From Tubulanus polymorphus (Eukaryota; Animalia; Nemertea), in contig NC_134030.1 in NCBI RefSeq assembly GCF_964204645.1, positions 19,800,210 to 19,864,209 of the forward strand: 64,000 bases of DNA, given 5' to 3'. The stretch's first letter is position 1. Each line of letters begins with the position of its first letter. Positions 36,901-51,994 of this stretch are shown in pieces. Under the pieces are notes generated by a model. It did not search any database and had not been told where the DNA came from. It worked only from the letters and a program-made list of their open reading frames with translations. Both the position numbers and the translations under genes were made by a program.

Positions 36901-37578
36901 ATGCTTGCTTATACAATGACTCGCATATGTGCTTTTGCTGCGATTGTGGCCAGTGCCGCGGCCTTCAGTGGTGAGTTAAGACTGGGAAAATGATACTCAG
37001 CTTCATAGGATTTCATAAATGATATAAATCAATTCGCAATTATCAGTAAACATTTAGTATGCGTTTATCGACGGAACGAATTCATTTGATAGATATATTT
37101 CACAAAATGACACATATACATTATGACAAAAACCCTGTTAATCGACGTGCAATATATTGTTATTATACACATGTATTTTTTTTAACACCCTGGCCCGCTA
37201 AGCGCCACGCTAGAAGCGGGTTCGATGTTTCTTTTTCCCAATACCCACACTAGAGAAGAACCTCCGACCAAGAAACTTTGTCGCCTCCAGGGTTTGAATC
37301 CATTAACCCTGGATTGATGAGAGCAGTGTCAGGCGGCTTATACCACTCGGCCACTGCGCCTCCCATCTGTTATCCTCATCGGGATCACCATTATAGTCCT
37401 ACATCTGGGGGCGGGAGTTCCATTATTTCTTCAATTTAGGTAAAAACATCTTTCACTTCAAAATTCAATTTTTTATTTCATGTTTTTTGAAAATATAGAT
37501 TGCTATCCAAACGGCAGGACGTGTGACGATAACCTTAAGTGTTGCAGCAACACCTGTAGAGCTAGTATTTGTTCCTGA
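36901..37578 (+). CDS. Knottin-like peptide copy 3: join(36901..36970,37499..37578), mature DCYPNGRTCDDNLKCCSNTCRASICS
   Basis: Intact signal exon, phase-1 GT-AG intron, six Cys in ICK spacing. Confidence 0.85.
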
Positions 37579-39355
37579 TCGTTGAGTACAAAGGTTTATA
37601 ATGGGATATACTCGTGGTGGTTTGGGAAATATATCCGATTATGAAACTGAACGACAGTCAGTTTTACTGACTAGGCCGTGTACTAAAAAGCTCGCACTGA
37701 ATTTATATTTGTTACCGATTCTTCATATCTTGTACTAAATTTGATTCAATTAAACTGCGAGTAAATAAATCAATTGTCGGGTTGTTGACTGTTTATGATT
37801 CATCGGTCAGAGTTTTCAAAGTGATCAGAAGTGCCATTCCATCGGCGGTGAAGAACATTCATCGTCAATTAAAAAAGACTACTCGTAAGCAAAAGTCCAA
37901 AATCTCCCTAATCAATTATTTCAGTCCCAGGGTTTAAATGTTTCATATGCATCCATCCATTAAGATATTTAGAGTTTTCTTGTCCTGGTGCCCGGTCGGC
38001 GATTTTTCTTGTGACGTCACGCAACCTCGTATGAAACTGAGGCAAACAATATAAATTCAGTTTTAATATGCTTTAAATGAAATCCATTTTCGTAGTTCAT
38101 TGATGCTTCGATTTTTTGTTTATAAAATAGTAAGTATCATCTGCAAACATCGTGCAATCTAAGATGTCTACAAATTATATCAGCAATAGGTGCCGAATAT
38201 AAAGAGTAAATAAAACTGGCCCCGGAACTGAACCTTGGGAACTTCCACATCGAAAATCAGCTATATTAACTTTACCGTTTGTAACAACTTTGTGCGTACA
38301 TTCCTGAAGGTGCCTAAGATTTGAAATAATTCTGTTTTGAAGCTGATTAGCGGCCATGCGTTCGGGCATCTTTGTGGCTACAGGTTAGTAAGATAATGAT
38401 CCATAATTATTCAATTAGTATAGATTTAAAAGTTGTGTTTTTTATCAATTGCGCAACCGAACATGATTTTAATTAAACAGTTCGTAGGTACAACACCGGT
38501 TTCCAAAGAGAGCAATTTATAATTCGAGTAACGATTGGAACAGTAACACACTGTTTTAGAATTGGCGCGGGCAACTGAAGCATCTCCCTTATACTTCGCA
38601 AATCCACGACCCGCATCAAAATTGCTCGGAGCACCACGGCAAATCTGATGATTAACGCGACTAATGGTCAGTAGTGTATGTTCCAAACGAGCGATGGAAA
38701 TTCACTTATTTCAAACTGGTCATTTATGGGCAAAATACAAGCACTTGAGAGATACACGGATACGCGACATGGACTTAATAGCGTAACTTGCATTTTCAAG
38801 TGTATTAATGGCTTATGCGAGCTTTCAACTTAAACTTCGTGTTGGGCGGTGATTTATTGATAGGCCGTCTAGAAGACTGAGAACCGCATATTCTTTTTAA
38901 AACTTTCTTTCAAAAACAATTTCGACAGATCTAGCGGTTTGAAATTAAACAAATTCGTACGGATATAGTTAATGGAATTTTGAATTGATGCAAAGGTAGA
39001 AAGGCATTGAATGATGATTTTAGGCTCATCGTGAATGTTCGACGATTCTATAACTAAAATTACGTTCGGCTTGAATGTGTTCTGATGAAATATGTAATGT
39101 CTAATGTCTAAATTCGTGTGTGAACAAATTGGAAAAATCAAAATTGAAATTAATTGACCTTAAAATTTTGGTGAGATACATGGAATCTAGAAATTATTAT
39201 AAACAGATCTGTAAGCAAAAAATCCAAACATTTCAAATCTAGAATCGGTTTTCAAACTAATTGCGGCAGTAACTAAAAAATCAGCTTAAAAGAAGTCACA
39301 GCGAATTCTCTGATTGGACGAACTGTTATCTGTGCTCGGTTGTTATTCGACGAGA

Positions 39356-42300
39356 ATGGTTTCGGTTCATTTTGTCGTGTTGATGCTGTTCGGTATGGAT
39401 CGACTGAGAGCGCTGTTTATATCGTCGCTGGTCGTCTGGCGAGTTAACATCGCGCACGCTGATCTGTCTGACTCTGTGACGGTCAGTTCGTCTTGTAATA
39501 ACACTTGGTACCCCGTCGATTCTACGTCCGGTTACATCGTTTCACCGAATTACCCGTCGGTAACGCGCGGTGTTGAATGTCGTTGGTTCGTCAACAGCTC
39601 TTTACCGGAAACTTTCAACATCAAACTATACTACGACATCGAGCCGTCAATATTCTGTAGTGATAACTACCTTCTCGTCGGTGAGTCCGATAACAGATTC
39701 TGCGGTGAAGGAAAATACGAAATCCACCGTAACGATTCGATCTCATTGCTGTTTAGAAGTAACGTCGATGGTTCGCGGGGTAGTCGGGTTTATATCACAT
39801 ATCGTTTAGAACGAAACAATTTGAAATTAATTCACACCTGCGCAAAATACGGTTTAAAAATCAACAAATCACCAACATCGATAGGATACAAGTTTGCTTT
39901 GTTGGTATGGCAATGTAAATTGTATTTAGAATGGATCGGGATCCCGGATGGGTTTGCTATGAATTTCACGTTTTCGCTGATAAAATTCCAATTATTTCCC
40001 GGCACCGATCCAGCGACAACTGTTCAAATTCATGACGGATGGAACAGCAGTGAACTTATTGCTGTAATACCAGAACAAACCGGACATCCACCTTCATCAT
40101 TCTATACTAAAACTAACAAAGCTATGATCAGTTTGCTACTTGGGCGAAACGTATTTACATCACGATTATCAGTTCAAGTGTATAGAATATCAGATTGGAA
40201 CGTCTCTAATCCGTTAATCCAAATCTCTAATAACGAGTCTGGAGTGCTCATTCCTGATGACAACAGTTTACACGTAATAACTCGATCAAAACACTTACAC
40301 TGCTGGTCTATCACAGTGCAGGTGTTACAGTACGTCGTCTTCAACTGGACACGTGATCTCAGCACATCCGGTGACGTAATTGGTGTATATAAACTAGAAG
40401 GGTTACGCGTTGTAGAAACCGATATTTTACTCGGTTACAACTACCTGGAATCACTGAGTGTTAAATCTTACGGCTTTCTCGTCATACTGTGCGTTTTAAT
40501 AAGACCAGGTGTTTTACAATCGAATGTGAAAATTGAATTTGAAGTGAAATCTATTTCCATAAAAGACGCACGAGTGGATAAACACTTGGTGAGTATTGTG
40601 TGTTTTGATTTTAAGTTTTGGATTTTACCATGTGTGGATCTCTATTACAAGGATTCATGCGTAGGGTTTTCCCGTTGTCTTCCGAAAATAAATTGAACGT
40701 CTTCGAAGAAGTTACGTGCACTTTTTCTTGGAGATCCAGATACTATAACTGCATGTGTTAGCGATTATTGGGATAATTTAAAAGAAATTTCATTTTAGCA
40801 AATCTTAAAACACGAATTGCTGCACCTAACAAAATCATTAACGGACATAGATTTGAAAATGTTGTTATGTTATTAATACTTAAAAAAACAAATGCTGATT
40901 TCTTATATTTTGTAGATATCTGGCTACAGTTACAATTTACTTCCTCGATTTCTGTTCCCAACGACAAAGAAGACAACATTTTCGTATCGCATAAATACAT
41001 TAGAATCTAAACGGAAAGTTGATATCTATGAGTATAGATTAAAACTAACAGTTTTATCAGAGACGTGCGAGAGAGTTGGATTTTATATATATGATGGTGG
41101 TAATTTTACAGCTAGACGCTATGGTCCGTATTGTCCTGGTTATAAATACGGTCGTAACGTCGTCAGTCTGATTACATCAGGAGGACCGGTTACTGTAGTA
41201 ACATACACTTATAACTGGGATAAAAACTTAATAGTTAATCCGGTGTCATATCTATTATTCGCCCCTACTGATTGTGACGGGTATGTTCTGCAGGAAGGAG
41301 AAAATCAGATGAATATGACGTCACACTGCCTCACGATTACACCTGAAAACCGGCGCCTTCCTTTAGAAAATATTTATATATTATCAGAACACGAATATCA
41401 AATTCACACTTGTTCCCGTGGTTTAAATTCATGTCCTGTTGTTACTCTTACAACTCAATTACTGAATAACAGTCTCTTATTGAATCATCTGATGATAAAA
41501 GGGAGTAGTTATAGGTTCTGGAGTAGTTATATGATGATTGTACTACGACGTAAATGTTTGGTGTTGATGATCTATCAAGATTCCCCGGTACTTACTTCTG
41601 ATAGTTTTGCATACGTCCCGCCGATGCGAGAAAAATGTGGAGTCGCACAATCACCGAACTATCCTGGATATGTTCCACAACGCAGTAAATCAAGTTTGTA
41701 CTACTCATTTCATTACGACAAACATTTGAATTATTACATCAGATTCCTTTTCAAATTTATGGGACACGCCTCGTGCAGCCCTTCTAGTAGTAATGCCGTT
41801 CGAGATCAATTATTACTGGCACAGATTATTTCGAAACCTGGTAATCATGAAACCGGCTTTAGACAGCGTCGCCACGAGAATAAAATATGTGAAAATAACG
41901 CAGTACCTGGACTTGTATTGTACAGTCTACTCGGGTATGACGTTTACTTTGAAGCGAAAAACTATATCCCAATATTCAAAATTCAATACACTTTAGAACA
42001 AGCGTCCTTACAAACACATCTGAATAATGGCTGCGGATTAGATTTTCTGGATTCAGGTGTTTCGTGTATCAGATACATCAAACATGAACGTCTGAATTGG
42101 GAGAACGCTGAAATGTACTGTCAACAGAAATACGGAGGACATCTTCTCAGTATCAACTCTGAACATGAAATGATTGCTTTAAAAAAACTGTTCGCTACGA
42201 AACTTCTTCAGGAGGCGTATTCACAGGCGGCGCTGATTGTGATGATTGGATTGAAATGGCGGGTAATTTCAAAGTTTCGTTATGAACATGTTTACCATCA

Positions 42301-45300
42301 TTCATTTAGTTTTGAACATGATTTTGAATTTGTTACGAATTCATTCATTCTCTACTAAAAGCCTAGAATATTTCATATTGATTGAAACAGATTTCTATTA
42401 GTCAACGTGTAAAATGTAACATGATCTTAATTTGATAAACTCAATTCAGACGCTTGATATAAGTTAGATATCCTAAAGCTAATCGTCATGAACACTTCTA
42501 AAACCATTTCGATCAATGAAACTGAATTTATTTTGAACAGAATGATGGTTATTACACGTGGACTGATGGGAAACCATTGAGCTACACAGAATGGTTTAAA
42601 CCTTCTATGATAAACGAAACGATACCAGAAGTTATTCAAGGATTGATATCTCCTCTACGAAAACAACCGATAAATGACGTCAATATGCCGTGTACGGCGA
42701 TGATTCTGAATAATCCACGAGGATCAGCGAACTGGGTTCGATTTCCGTGTCAAATCGAGGAGACTCGAACAACTTTCATTTGTGAAAAAGACAACGATAA
42801 CTCCTCGTCGACTAAAAATCACAAATTACCTGTTGCAGAAGAAAACTATACTTATTATTCGGGGATATTGGAATCAGTTAACTCCACGTGTTTTAAGGGA
42901 TGGATTGGTATAGAAGGACATTGCTATCAGATACTTACAGCCTGGGATACTCACAGATTGACAATTCGGGAAGCTGAGGAAATGTGTCTTCAAATCGGTG
43001 GTGAATTAGGAATAGTATCCAGTGATGTTATAATTCAGCATTTGATTCAAATATTTCATTATGAACATCAATATGGTGCTATACTGGCGAAGGCTACGGA
43101 TAGTGAATTTCTTGCTCTGAATCCAGTTTTCACCAGAGATGAAATAACATATAAAAAAACGGTGAAATGGTCAGTGACTGCCTTTGATAATGTCACAGAT
43201 GTAGCGCATTCAGTGCTATGTTCCTATAATGTAACTGATGAAGAGTTGACTTCTATAAAAAGGTGTAAATCGTGGCAATTTGAATGTAACGATCAAAGAT
43301 GTATCAGCGATCATCGCGTATGTGATACCAGAAACGACTGTCAACACGGTGATGATGAACTCGATTGTTCGAAATCAATCTTACAGAGTCAGTTCCACTG
43401 TACCGATGGAGAAGTTATATCTGTTAGTAATTTGTGCGATTTTGTACGAGATTGCGCTGACGGATCAGATGAGAACTCGTGCTATCATACTTCATGTTCC
43501 TCTGAACAGTTTAAGTGTAGCAATGGACAATGCGTGGGTAAATATAATCAATGTGATGGACTGGTTGATTGTAAAGATAAATCTGATGAGATCGGCTGCT
43601 CTTCGGATGAATGTAACGGGTTTCTGTGTGTAAATGGTGAATGTATCAGTTCTCTGTTGTATCGGGATGGTGTTGTAGATTGTGCTGGTAGCCTCGAAGA
43701 AGATGAGATTGTCGTCAACATAACAGTTACACCAAAGATTCACTGTACAACAGAGAACTACTGTACGACTAATTTCACAAACTTATGTAAGAAATCCGAT
43801 GAACAAAGATGTTCTTTCGATTCTCCTCATTGTTATTCTAGACGTCACAGGTGTATTCTAGAAAGGATGCCGATTGGTTACCCGGTATGTAGAAGGCTCG
43901 AACATATACAAGGTTGTACTGATTTCAAATGTCCAGCTGGTGCTGCAAAATGTCCAGCATCTTACTGTATACCGATGGGACAGGTGTGCGATGGTCGATC
44001 CGATTGTCCTAACTCAGAAGATGAGCGAAACTGCAAGACTTTGTCGTGTCCTGGCATGTTTAAGTGTGGCCAGGAAATCCGATGCATACCTCAATCTGAA
44101 GTTTGTGATGGTGTCGTCAATTGTAAACATACCACAGATGACGAAGCGTTCTGTGACGTCATATGTCCAAAGGACTGTAAATGTCAAGGTCATTTGATAG
44201 ATTGCGATCATGCTGGTTTCGTAGAAATTACTGATCTTTTCTCGGCATCAACTCGAGTTCTGATTTTATCAAGAAACCAAGTTGTATTCAATGAGTCAAC
44301 ATTTTCTTCGTACCTCTATTTACATTTCCTTAATACTTCACGTAACAATTTGTCTTATATTGTTCCAAACGCGTTCTCAAACCTGCATAATCTACATACA
44401 TTAGATCTTACCTATAACCGCATAATATCACTTTCCGCGAATACATTCGCCGGTTTGTATAGTTTGAAAATGCTTTTGATTTTTGGAAATCCAGTGAGAT
44501 ATTTAGAAGAAGGCAGTTTTCAAGGTTTAAAGTCATTAAGCGATCTCGATCTTCACGGACTTTCCTTGTCGTTACTCGGTGGAAATGTGTTCCGTGGTTT
44601 ATCCGCTTTAGAGTCGTTAAATTTCAGCAGTAACGTGATCAGTTATATTTCACCAAATGCGTTCTCCGGATTAACAAAACTAAGAAATCTGGATCTAACC
44701 AAAAATTCTGAAGTCATATCCGTACAAAGAAACGTTTTTGACAGTCTTACATTATTGAGTTCGTTGGCTTCTGACGCGTACAAATTTTGTTGCATGGTTC
44801 CGAATGTTGACCAGTGTCTCCCGGAAGCCGACCAATTTTCATCTTGTTCCGACCTGATGGGTAACACTGTTCTTAGAGCAATCATTTGGGCGATCGCTTC
44901 ATTCAGCTTTTTTGCCAACATAATCGTAATTTTACTTCGCGTTCAAGCGTTACGCATTTCATCCTCTGAATCACGTAACACATCCTCTGATATCCTAATC
45001 ATTAATATTGCCACCTGCGATTTTCTCATGTCAATTTATCTTTTTCTGATCGCTGGAGCCGATTACGTCTATAAAGGTGTTTATTTCCTCAATTCCGAAA
45101 TGTGGACAGATAGTTCACTGTGTCGACTCGCTGGGATTTTAGTAACTCTTTCGTGCGAAGGGTCTTTGCTTTTTCTCCTGATTCTAACCCGTCAAAGATA
45201 CTCGAATATCGTCGATCCATTTTCTGGAAGCCCAATTATATCATCGACATATGTGTCCGGTATTTGCTGTATATGCTGGATCATTTTGGGCAACATTTCA

Positions 45301-45771
45301 ATGCTACCGTTGTCGTCATCTTCTTATTTCGGACATAACTTTTACGGCACAACTGGTGTTTGTTTACCTATGAATTTACTATCCATCGATGTCCACGCCT
45401 GGCAATATTCATTCGCTATTTTTGCCGTGTTTAACTCGGTCGTACTTGCTACAATAATGTTGACGTATGCACAGATGTATAGACTCGTATCTGGAAGCAG
45501 GTCCGGCTCGGGTAGAGCTGATCCTACCGAATTGGTTCTGGCGCGTAGGAGTTTAGTGATAAATCTGTGTAATTTATTTTGCTGGTTACCGATAATTATC
45601 GTTCAGGTTTGCGCTGTATTGCGAGTAGAAATACCGAACCAAGTGGCGGCTTGGTTGGCGGTACTTTTCCTACCGATCAACTCGTCACTGAATCCACTTC
45701 TTTACACCATCCTCACTATTGATGTTAAATCTATTCGGGCCAGAAATAAACGCGTTTTGAAAACTCGCTGA
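39356..45771 (+). CDS. GRL101-like CUB/CTL/LDLa/LRR GPCR, copy 3: join(39356..40588,40916..42262,42541..45771), 1936 aa
   Basis: Exon 2 is open from the acceptor at 40916 (ISGYSYNLLPRFLFP...), upstream of the tracked ORF at 41243. Second donor is CGG|gtaatt. Confidence 0.9.
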
Positions 45772-46434
45772 ACCATTCGACAGTCAAACCCTGACTATGC
45801 ACTCTAATCAGAATGCTGCGAAATCTTTTCAGATGAAATATATTATATACATAAACAAATACGTAGCAAACGTGTGGACTCGAGAACGAACTGATACTTG
45901 CTTATACGTTCCAATAAAAAAAAAACTGACGACACTTAAAGATAATAACGCAAAGTAATGAAATCATCGAATGGGTTTCGAATCGTGTCCAGAAATACGA
46001 CGTAGCGATAAGAATACACGCTAGGAGAGCTGAGTAATGTTATCTAATATGAGTTGTAACACCGATTATCCTGACAGTTAATTACGCTTATTTTATATCA
46101 GGATGATTTGAAAATTATGTAAGCTGGAAATAAAAGTGCCAAATAGTGGTACATATTCTACGTTCATCGATTTAAAACCGTATTTGAACGCTTCAATGTT
46201 AAAGCGAAGGATAAAGCTTGCGTTGCTTTCGTCCATTCAAAGTCCTACGCCCGGAGGAGGTGGGATCACTTCAAATGCGTGTCGAACCATATGGACATTA
46301 TCGGCGCTGTTAAAGGTGATCTACGTCTTTTGAATTCAGTCGTGTTCAGTATGTTCTTGCCAGTTTCTCGTTTATTAATCTTTTATAGCCTCGGCCTTCA
46401 ACACCCCCCTGACAAAGGATAAGTATCGTCTAAT

Positions 46435-46713
46435 GCACTGAGTTAGGTGTACTCGGGCCCACAACGGGAACGACAATTGAATCAATCGCTCAACACTGAT
46501 CAGAATGATAACCGAGTTCCGATTCATCTTCGCCGTGTGCTGAAGTCCGTCACAGTACACAGTAAACACCGCCGACACTCCGTAAAAATAATTCAAATAT
46601 CGGAATTTTTCCAGACCGTACGTCCACAACGATAAGTATTCCTTCAATGAGGTGAAGCAAAATAACGCGACCAGGTATTTTAGGATCGCAAATATTCTGA
46701 GCAGGTGGTACGT
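46435..46713 (-). pseudogene. Fragment of the 2441 GPCR in the tandem unit
   Basis: KEYLSLWTYGLEKFRYLNYFYGVSAVFTVYCDGLQHTAK..ISVERLIQLSFPLWARVHLTQ matches the parent gene. Confidence 0.85.
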
Positions 46714-49533
46714 ACAAATTTGTAAATTCGAGAAAAAACAATTGTAAGAAATAACCGTGAAAATTAGCGTTCGAACCCCTAAGCCCTCGGTTGCCTGGAG
46801 ACTAGCGACCGGCGGCTTAAAACCACTCGGCCAGTGAGCCTGTTACATGAGTTCATAGAAGATTTGGATTGTGTATTGAGCTTGGATCAAAATTTCCACC
46901 AGTTGTGATCTAGATGCTTAGTTTACGTTAGTATACTGAACGGCATGATCGATGACCAACAATATTCACCATTCAATATACGATTTACTCACCTGTTGCA
47001 CTGAAGGTTTGGGTTACTGATATTTCTGATCGATGAACCATGCTCACGAATCGGTGTGCAAATACATTTTCTAAAAGGAGTTTAATACAAATATACAGTT
47101 TGACAGGTTGTAGTGCAGTTCGGTCGTCAAAACAACTGACGAAAATTGTAATGAATAGTTAACCTATCGTGTGAAACTGAATTAACTCACAAACATCAGT
47201 TTAAGTACCGTACTGCTATTTCCAAACTTTCGTTGTATTAAATTAGACAGCCAAGAAAATTCACCCCCAATCAGTCGCTTGCCGGTTAAGACTGAATGAA
47301 AGATTGTTTGAATGAACCGGAACCGAATTTCCCAATTATGTACTTTGAACAAAAAACTTTTGTAAACTCGACCGCCGATCACACAACTATATCTGTACTT
47401 CGATTATCGATTGTAAAACCAAACCCCCTGTTTCGCTCCCGGCAGGTGTGGTGGGTTTGTAAGGGACACTCAATCAAAAAATCAAACGAAATTTACCAAC
47501 CAAATAAATAACAGGGACCATCCCTATTTTAGGAAAAAAAACACAAATGAAGAAGAGCCACAATTCAAAGTATACACGATAAAATCTATCAAATTGAACC
47601 CACTACGTTCGCTAACAGCCACTATCACGTGGAAAGCGGCAAAATTTCGGCAATATTTAAACTTCAAACCGGGGCGTTGATGACGTACGTAGTCCCGGCC
47701 AATTACATACATGAGTGTCTTCTAAACGATTAATATATTTATCGAAAATCCCCATTAAAATATTCCTGCTGTGCGGCCAGTTTGTTCTCTACTTATCACC
47801 AAACTGTGTAAAACATATCCTCAATTGACGGTGCAGTATTTCAGGGGCGAATCTCGGGTATTTGGGTCCAGGGAAGTAAAAGGGACCATATGAAACGTTT
47901 CTGTAATGACGATGCAAGACGCATAACGACATAGCCCTATGGCCAGGGGTACTCGACAATAGAAATGTTATGAAATTTTAAGAAGAATTTGGTCGGATTT
48001 TCCACGAAGTTGAATATTGACATCCATGAAATTGATCATAAAATACACAATACCACGACCACAATCACAATACCATTGTATATTCATCATTTTGTATGAG
48101 AAAATACCACTTCTGTTTGTTTTATATTCACCTTAATTAAAATAATAAATTTAAACAGTTTCGAGGATTTCTTAGGAATTCCTTTTTGGGACTTTCAAAT
48201 TTAGGCTCTAAATCCGCCCCTGAATTGTGCCGCATTCTTAGGCATTTTTTACTTCAAGCCTTCAAATCACGAGGAATACACGTATCACAGAGGGCCGCAT
48301 TACGTCACTGCAGAGAATGCGTCTCTTGGAGACGATGGTGGAAGGCGGGGACTTAACAAAACTGTTTAGATGATATATAAGATGTGTTTTTCTGCTTTCG
48401 TGATGGATTTAAAAACTTCTCGCTGCATTTCCCTGTAAGAGGACACCATGAAGAGTCAATCAATCACCAAAGCTGTGCAATTATTTGGTTTTATTTCAAT
48501 TTGTATTTGAAGAATATATAGTATCGCGCGCAATATTTTTCATTCATTCGTCGACTGTTCTGGCTCGAGAAAACGAGATATTGTCATTTCGAAAGTATAA
48601 TACGTTGGAATAGCGACTAAGGTAAGCGTAGTGATAAAATATTCTAATTTAACGATAAAAATGATACCTTGTTTCTTAAAAGCTTAAAAGTTGACCCGCC
48701 CGGCCGCCGCCTATCTACCCTATACATTATTCTAAAAAAATAAACTTTTATCAGCCAATCGACGACAAGACGCGGCGGCTATTGAAACGAATGGATTACA
48801 AATTTTATTGAAATTTACAAAATAATCCGGGCGCTGCGGAGAAACAAGGTGTCATTTTTAGCCTAAAATAATATACTCCGATAAGTACAGCAGCAATTTC
48901 AGTAACCGGAATCTAAAATACGACACATGACTAAACACTTTTTTTCTGCTGAAAATCATGCATCGATTAATTGATCAATGACGTGTCATATAGTGTTCTA
49001 TCAATCGTGTTCATAACCAAAATTTTCTATAATAAATGATTTTCTATAATTGAGGTTAGTAACTAATTTCAAACGAATATCTTTTGACTAGATCATTTGG
49101 GCTGAGGAACCAAACTTGGAAGCGACTCTGAAGACAAAAAATGAATTATCGATGATTATCTATATTAGATATTTAAAGCTTATCACTCACGGAAAGAAAC
49201 GACAGAGACTTGTTCCTGCGATGCCCAAACACTAGCAATGCGGCCGCCCTGCACTCACTTCATAGCACGGCATTCAAACCAGCGATTCAAACCCGTTACA
49301 CTGCTCTGCACTAAATCAAAAATACATCAAGTATTCTTTATGAATTTTGACTATATCTATTATCAGTTCCTTTTTTCTGTGTAGCTGCGTTATTTCAAAC
49401 CTGGCTCATTCTCTGACGAAAAGGTTTGCTCATTGAGAGCCTATTTGAAAACTGTCGCAATATCAATTTTCTTTTCGAATTTTTGAAAATGCCAAATTGC
49501 AAATATATTTTATTCAAATTCTAGGCGAAGAAA

Positions 49534-50210
49534 ATGCTTGCTTACACAATGACTCGCATATGTGCTTTTGCTGCGATTGTGGCCAGTGCCGCGGCCTTCA
49601 GTGGTGAGTTAAGACTAGGAAAATAATACTCACCTTCATGAGATTTCATAAAATGATATAATTCAATTCACAATTATCATTAAACATTTAGTATCCGTTT
49701 ATCGACGGAACGAATTGATTCGATAGATATATTTCACAAAATGACACATATACATTATGACAAAAACCCTGTTAATTGACGTGCAACATATTGTTATTAT
49801 ACACATGTATTTTTTTAACACCCTGGCCCGCTAAGCGCCACGCTAGAAGCGGGTTCGATGTTTCTTTTTCCCAATACCCACATCAGAGAAGAACCTCCGA
49901 CCAAGAAACTCTGCCGCCTCCAGGGTTTGAACCCATAAACCCTGGATTAATGAGAGCAGTGTCAGGCGGCTTATACTACTCGGCCACTGCGCCTCTCATC
50001 TGTTATCCTCATCGGGATCATCATTATAGTCCTACATCTGGGGTGGGAGTTCCAATATTTCTTCAATTTAGGTAAAAACGTCTTTCACTTCAAAATTCAA
50101 TTTTTAATTTCATGCTTTTTGAAAATATAGATTGCCATCCAAAGGGCTGGACGTGTGACGATAGCCTTAAGTGTTGCAGCAACACCTGTAGAGCTAGTAT
50201 TTGTTCCTGA
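49534..50210 (+). CDS. Knottin-like peptide copy 4: join(49534..49603,50131..50210), mature DCHPKGWTCDDSLKCCSNTCRASICS
   Basis: Intact signal exon, phase-1 GT-AG intron, six Cys in ICK spacing. Confidence 0.85.
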
Positions 50211-51994
50211 TCGTTGAGTACAAAGGTTTATAATGGGATATACTCGTGGTGGTTTGGGAAATGTATCCGATTATGAAACTGAACGACAGTCGGTTTTACT
50301 GACTCGGCCGTGTACTAAAAAGCTCGCACTGAATCTATATTTGTTACCGATTCTTCATATCTTGTACTTAATTTGATTTAATAGAACTGCGAGTAAATAA
50401 ATCAATTGTCGGGTTGTTGACTGTTTATGATTTATCGGTCAGAGTTTTCAAAGTGATCAGAAGTGCCATTCCATCGGCGGTGAAGAACATTCATCGTCAA
50501 TTAAAAAAGACTACTCGTAAGCAAAAGTCCAAAATCTCCCTAATCAATTATTTCAGTCCCAGGGTTTAAATGTTTCATATGCATCCATCCATTAAGATAT
50601 TTAGAGTTTTCTGTCCTAGTTCCCGATCGGCGATTTTCTTGTGACTTCACGCAACCACGTATGAAACTGGAGAAAACAATACAAATTCAGTTTTAAGATG
50701 CTTTAAATGAAATCCATTTTCGTAGTTCATTGATGCTTCGATCTTTTTATTAACGTCTGCAAACATCGTGCAATCTAAGATTTCAATAGATTATATCAGC
50801 AATAGGTGCCGAATATAAAGAGTAAATAAAACTGGCCCCGAACTGTACCTGGGGGACTTCCACATCGAAAGTCAGCAAAATTAACTTTACCGTTTGTAAC
50901 AACTTTGTGTGTACATTCCTGAAGGTGGCTATAGATTTGAAATAATTCTGTTTTGAATTTGATTAGCGGCCATGCGTTCATGCATCTTTGTGGCTACAGG
51001 TTAGTAAGATAATGATCTATCATTATTCAATTAGTATAGATTTAAAAGTTGTGTTTTTTTATCAATTGCTCAACCGAGCATGATTTCAATTAAACAGTTC
51101 GTAGGTACAACACCGGTTTTCAAAGAGCAATTTATAATTCTAGTAACGATTGGAACAGTAACACACTGTTTTAGAATTGGCGCGGGCAACTAAAGCATCT
51201 CCCTTATACTTCGCAAATCCACGACCCGCATCAAAATTGCTCGGAGCACCACGGCAAAACTGATCATTAACGCAACTAATGGTCAGTAGCGTATGTTCCA
51301 AACGAGCGATGGAAATTCACCTATTTCAAACTGGTCATTTATGCGTAAAATACAAGCACTTGAGAGACACATGGATACGCGACATGGACTTAATAGCGTA
51401 ACCTGCATTTTCAAGTGTATTAATGGCTTATGCGAGCTTTCAACTTAAACTTCGTGTTGGGCGGTGATTTATTGATAGACCGTCTAGAAGATTGAGAACC
51501 GCATATTTTTTTTTAAAACTTTCTTTCAAAATCAATTCCGCAAGATCTAGCGGTTTGAAATCAAATCAATTCGTACGGATATAGTTAATGAAATTTTGGT
51601 CATCTTGAATTGATGCAAAGATAGAAAAGCATTGAATGATGATTTTGAGGCTCATCGTGAATATTCGACGATTCTATAACTAAAATTACGTTCGGGTTGA
51701 ATGTTGTCTGATGAAATATGTAATGTCTAATGTCTAAATTCGTGTGTGAACAAATTGGAAAAATCAAAATTGGATTTAATTGACCTTAATTTCTCATTTT
51801 GGTGAGCAACATTGAATCTAGAAATTATTGCTAATTGGAAAACAGATCTGTAAGCAAAAAATCCAAACATTCCAACTCTAGAATCGGTTTTCAAACTAAT
51901 TGCGGCAGTAACCAAAAAATCCACCCAAAAGAGGTCACAGCGAATTCTCTGATTGGACGAACTGTTATCTGTGCTCGGTTGTTATTCGACGAAT

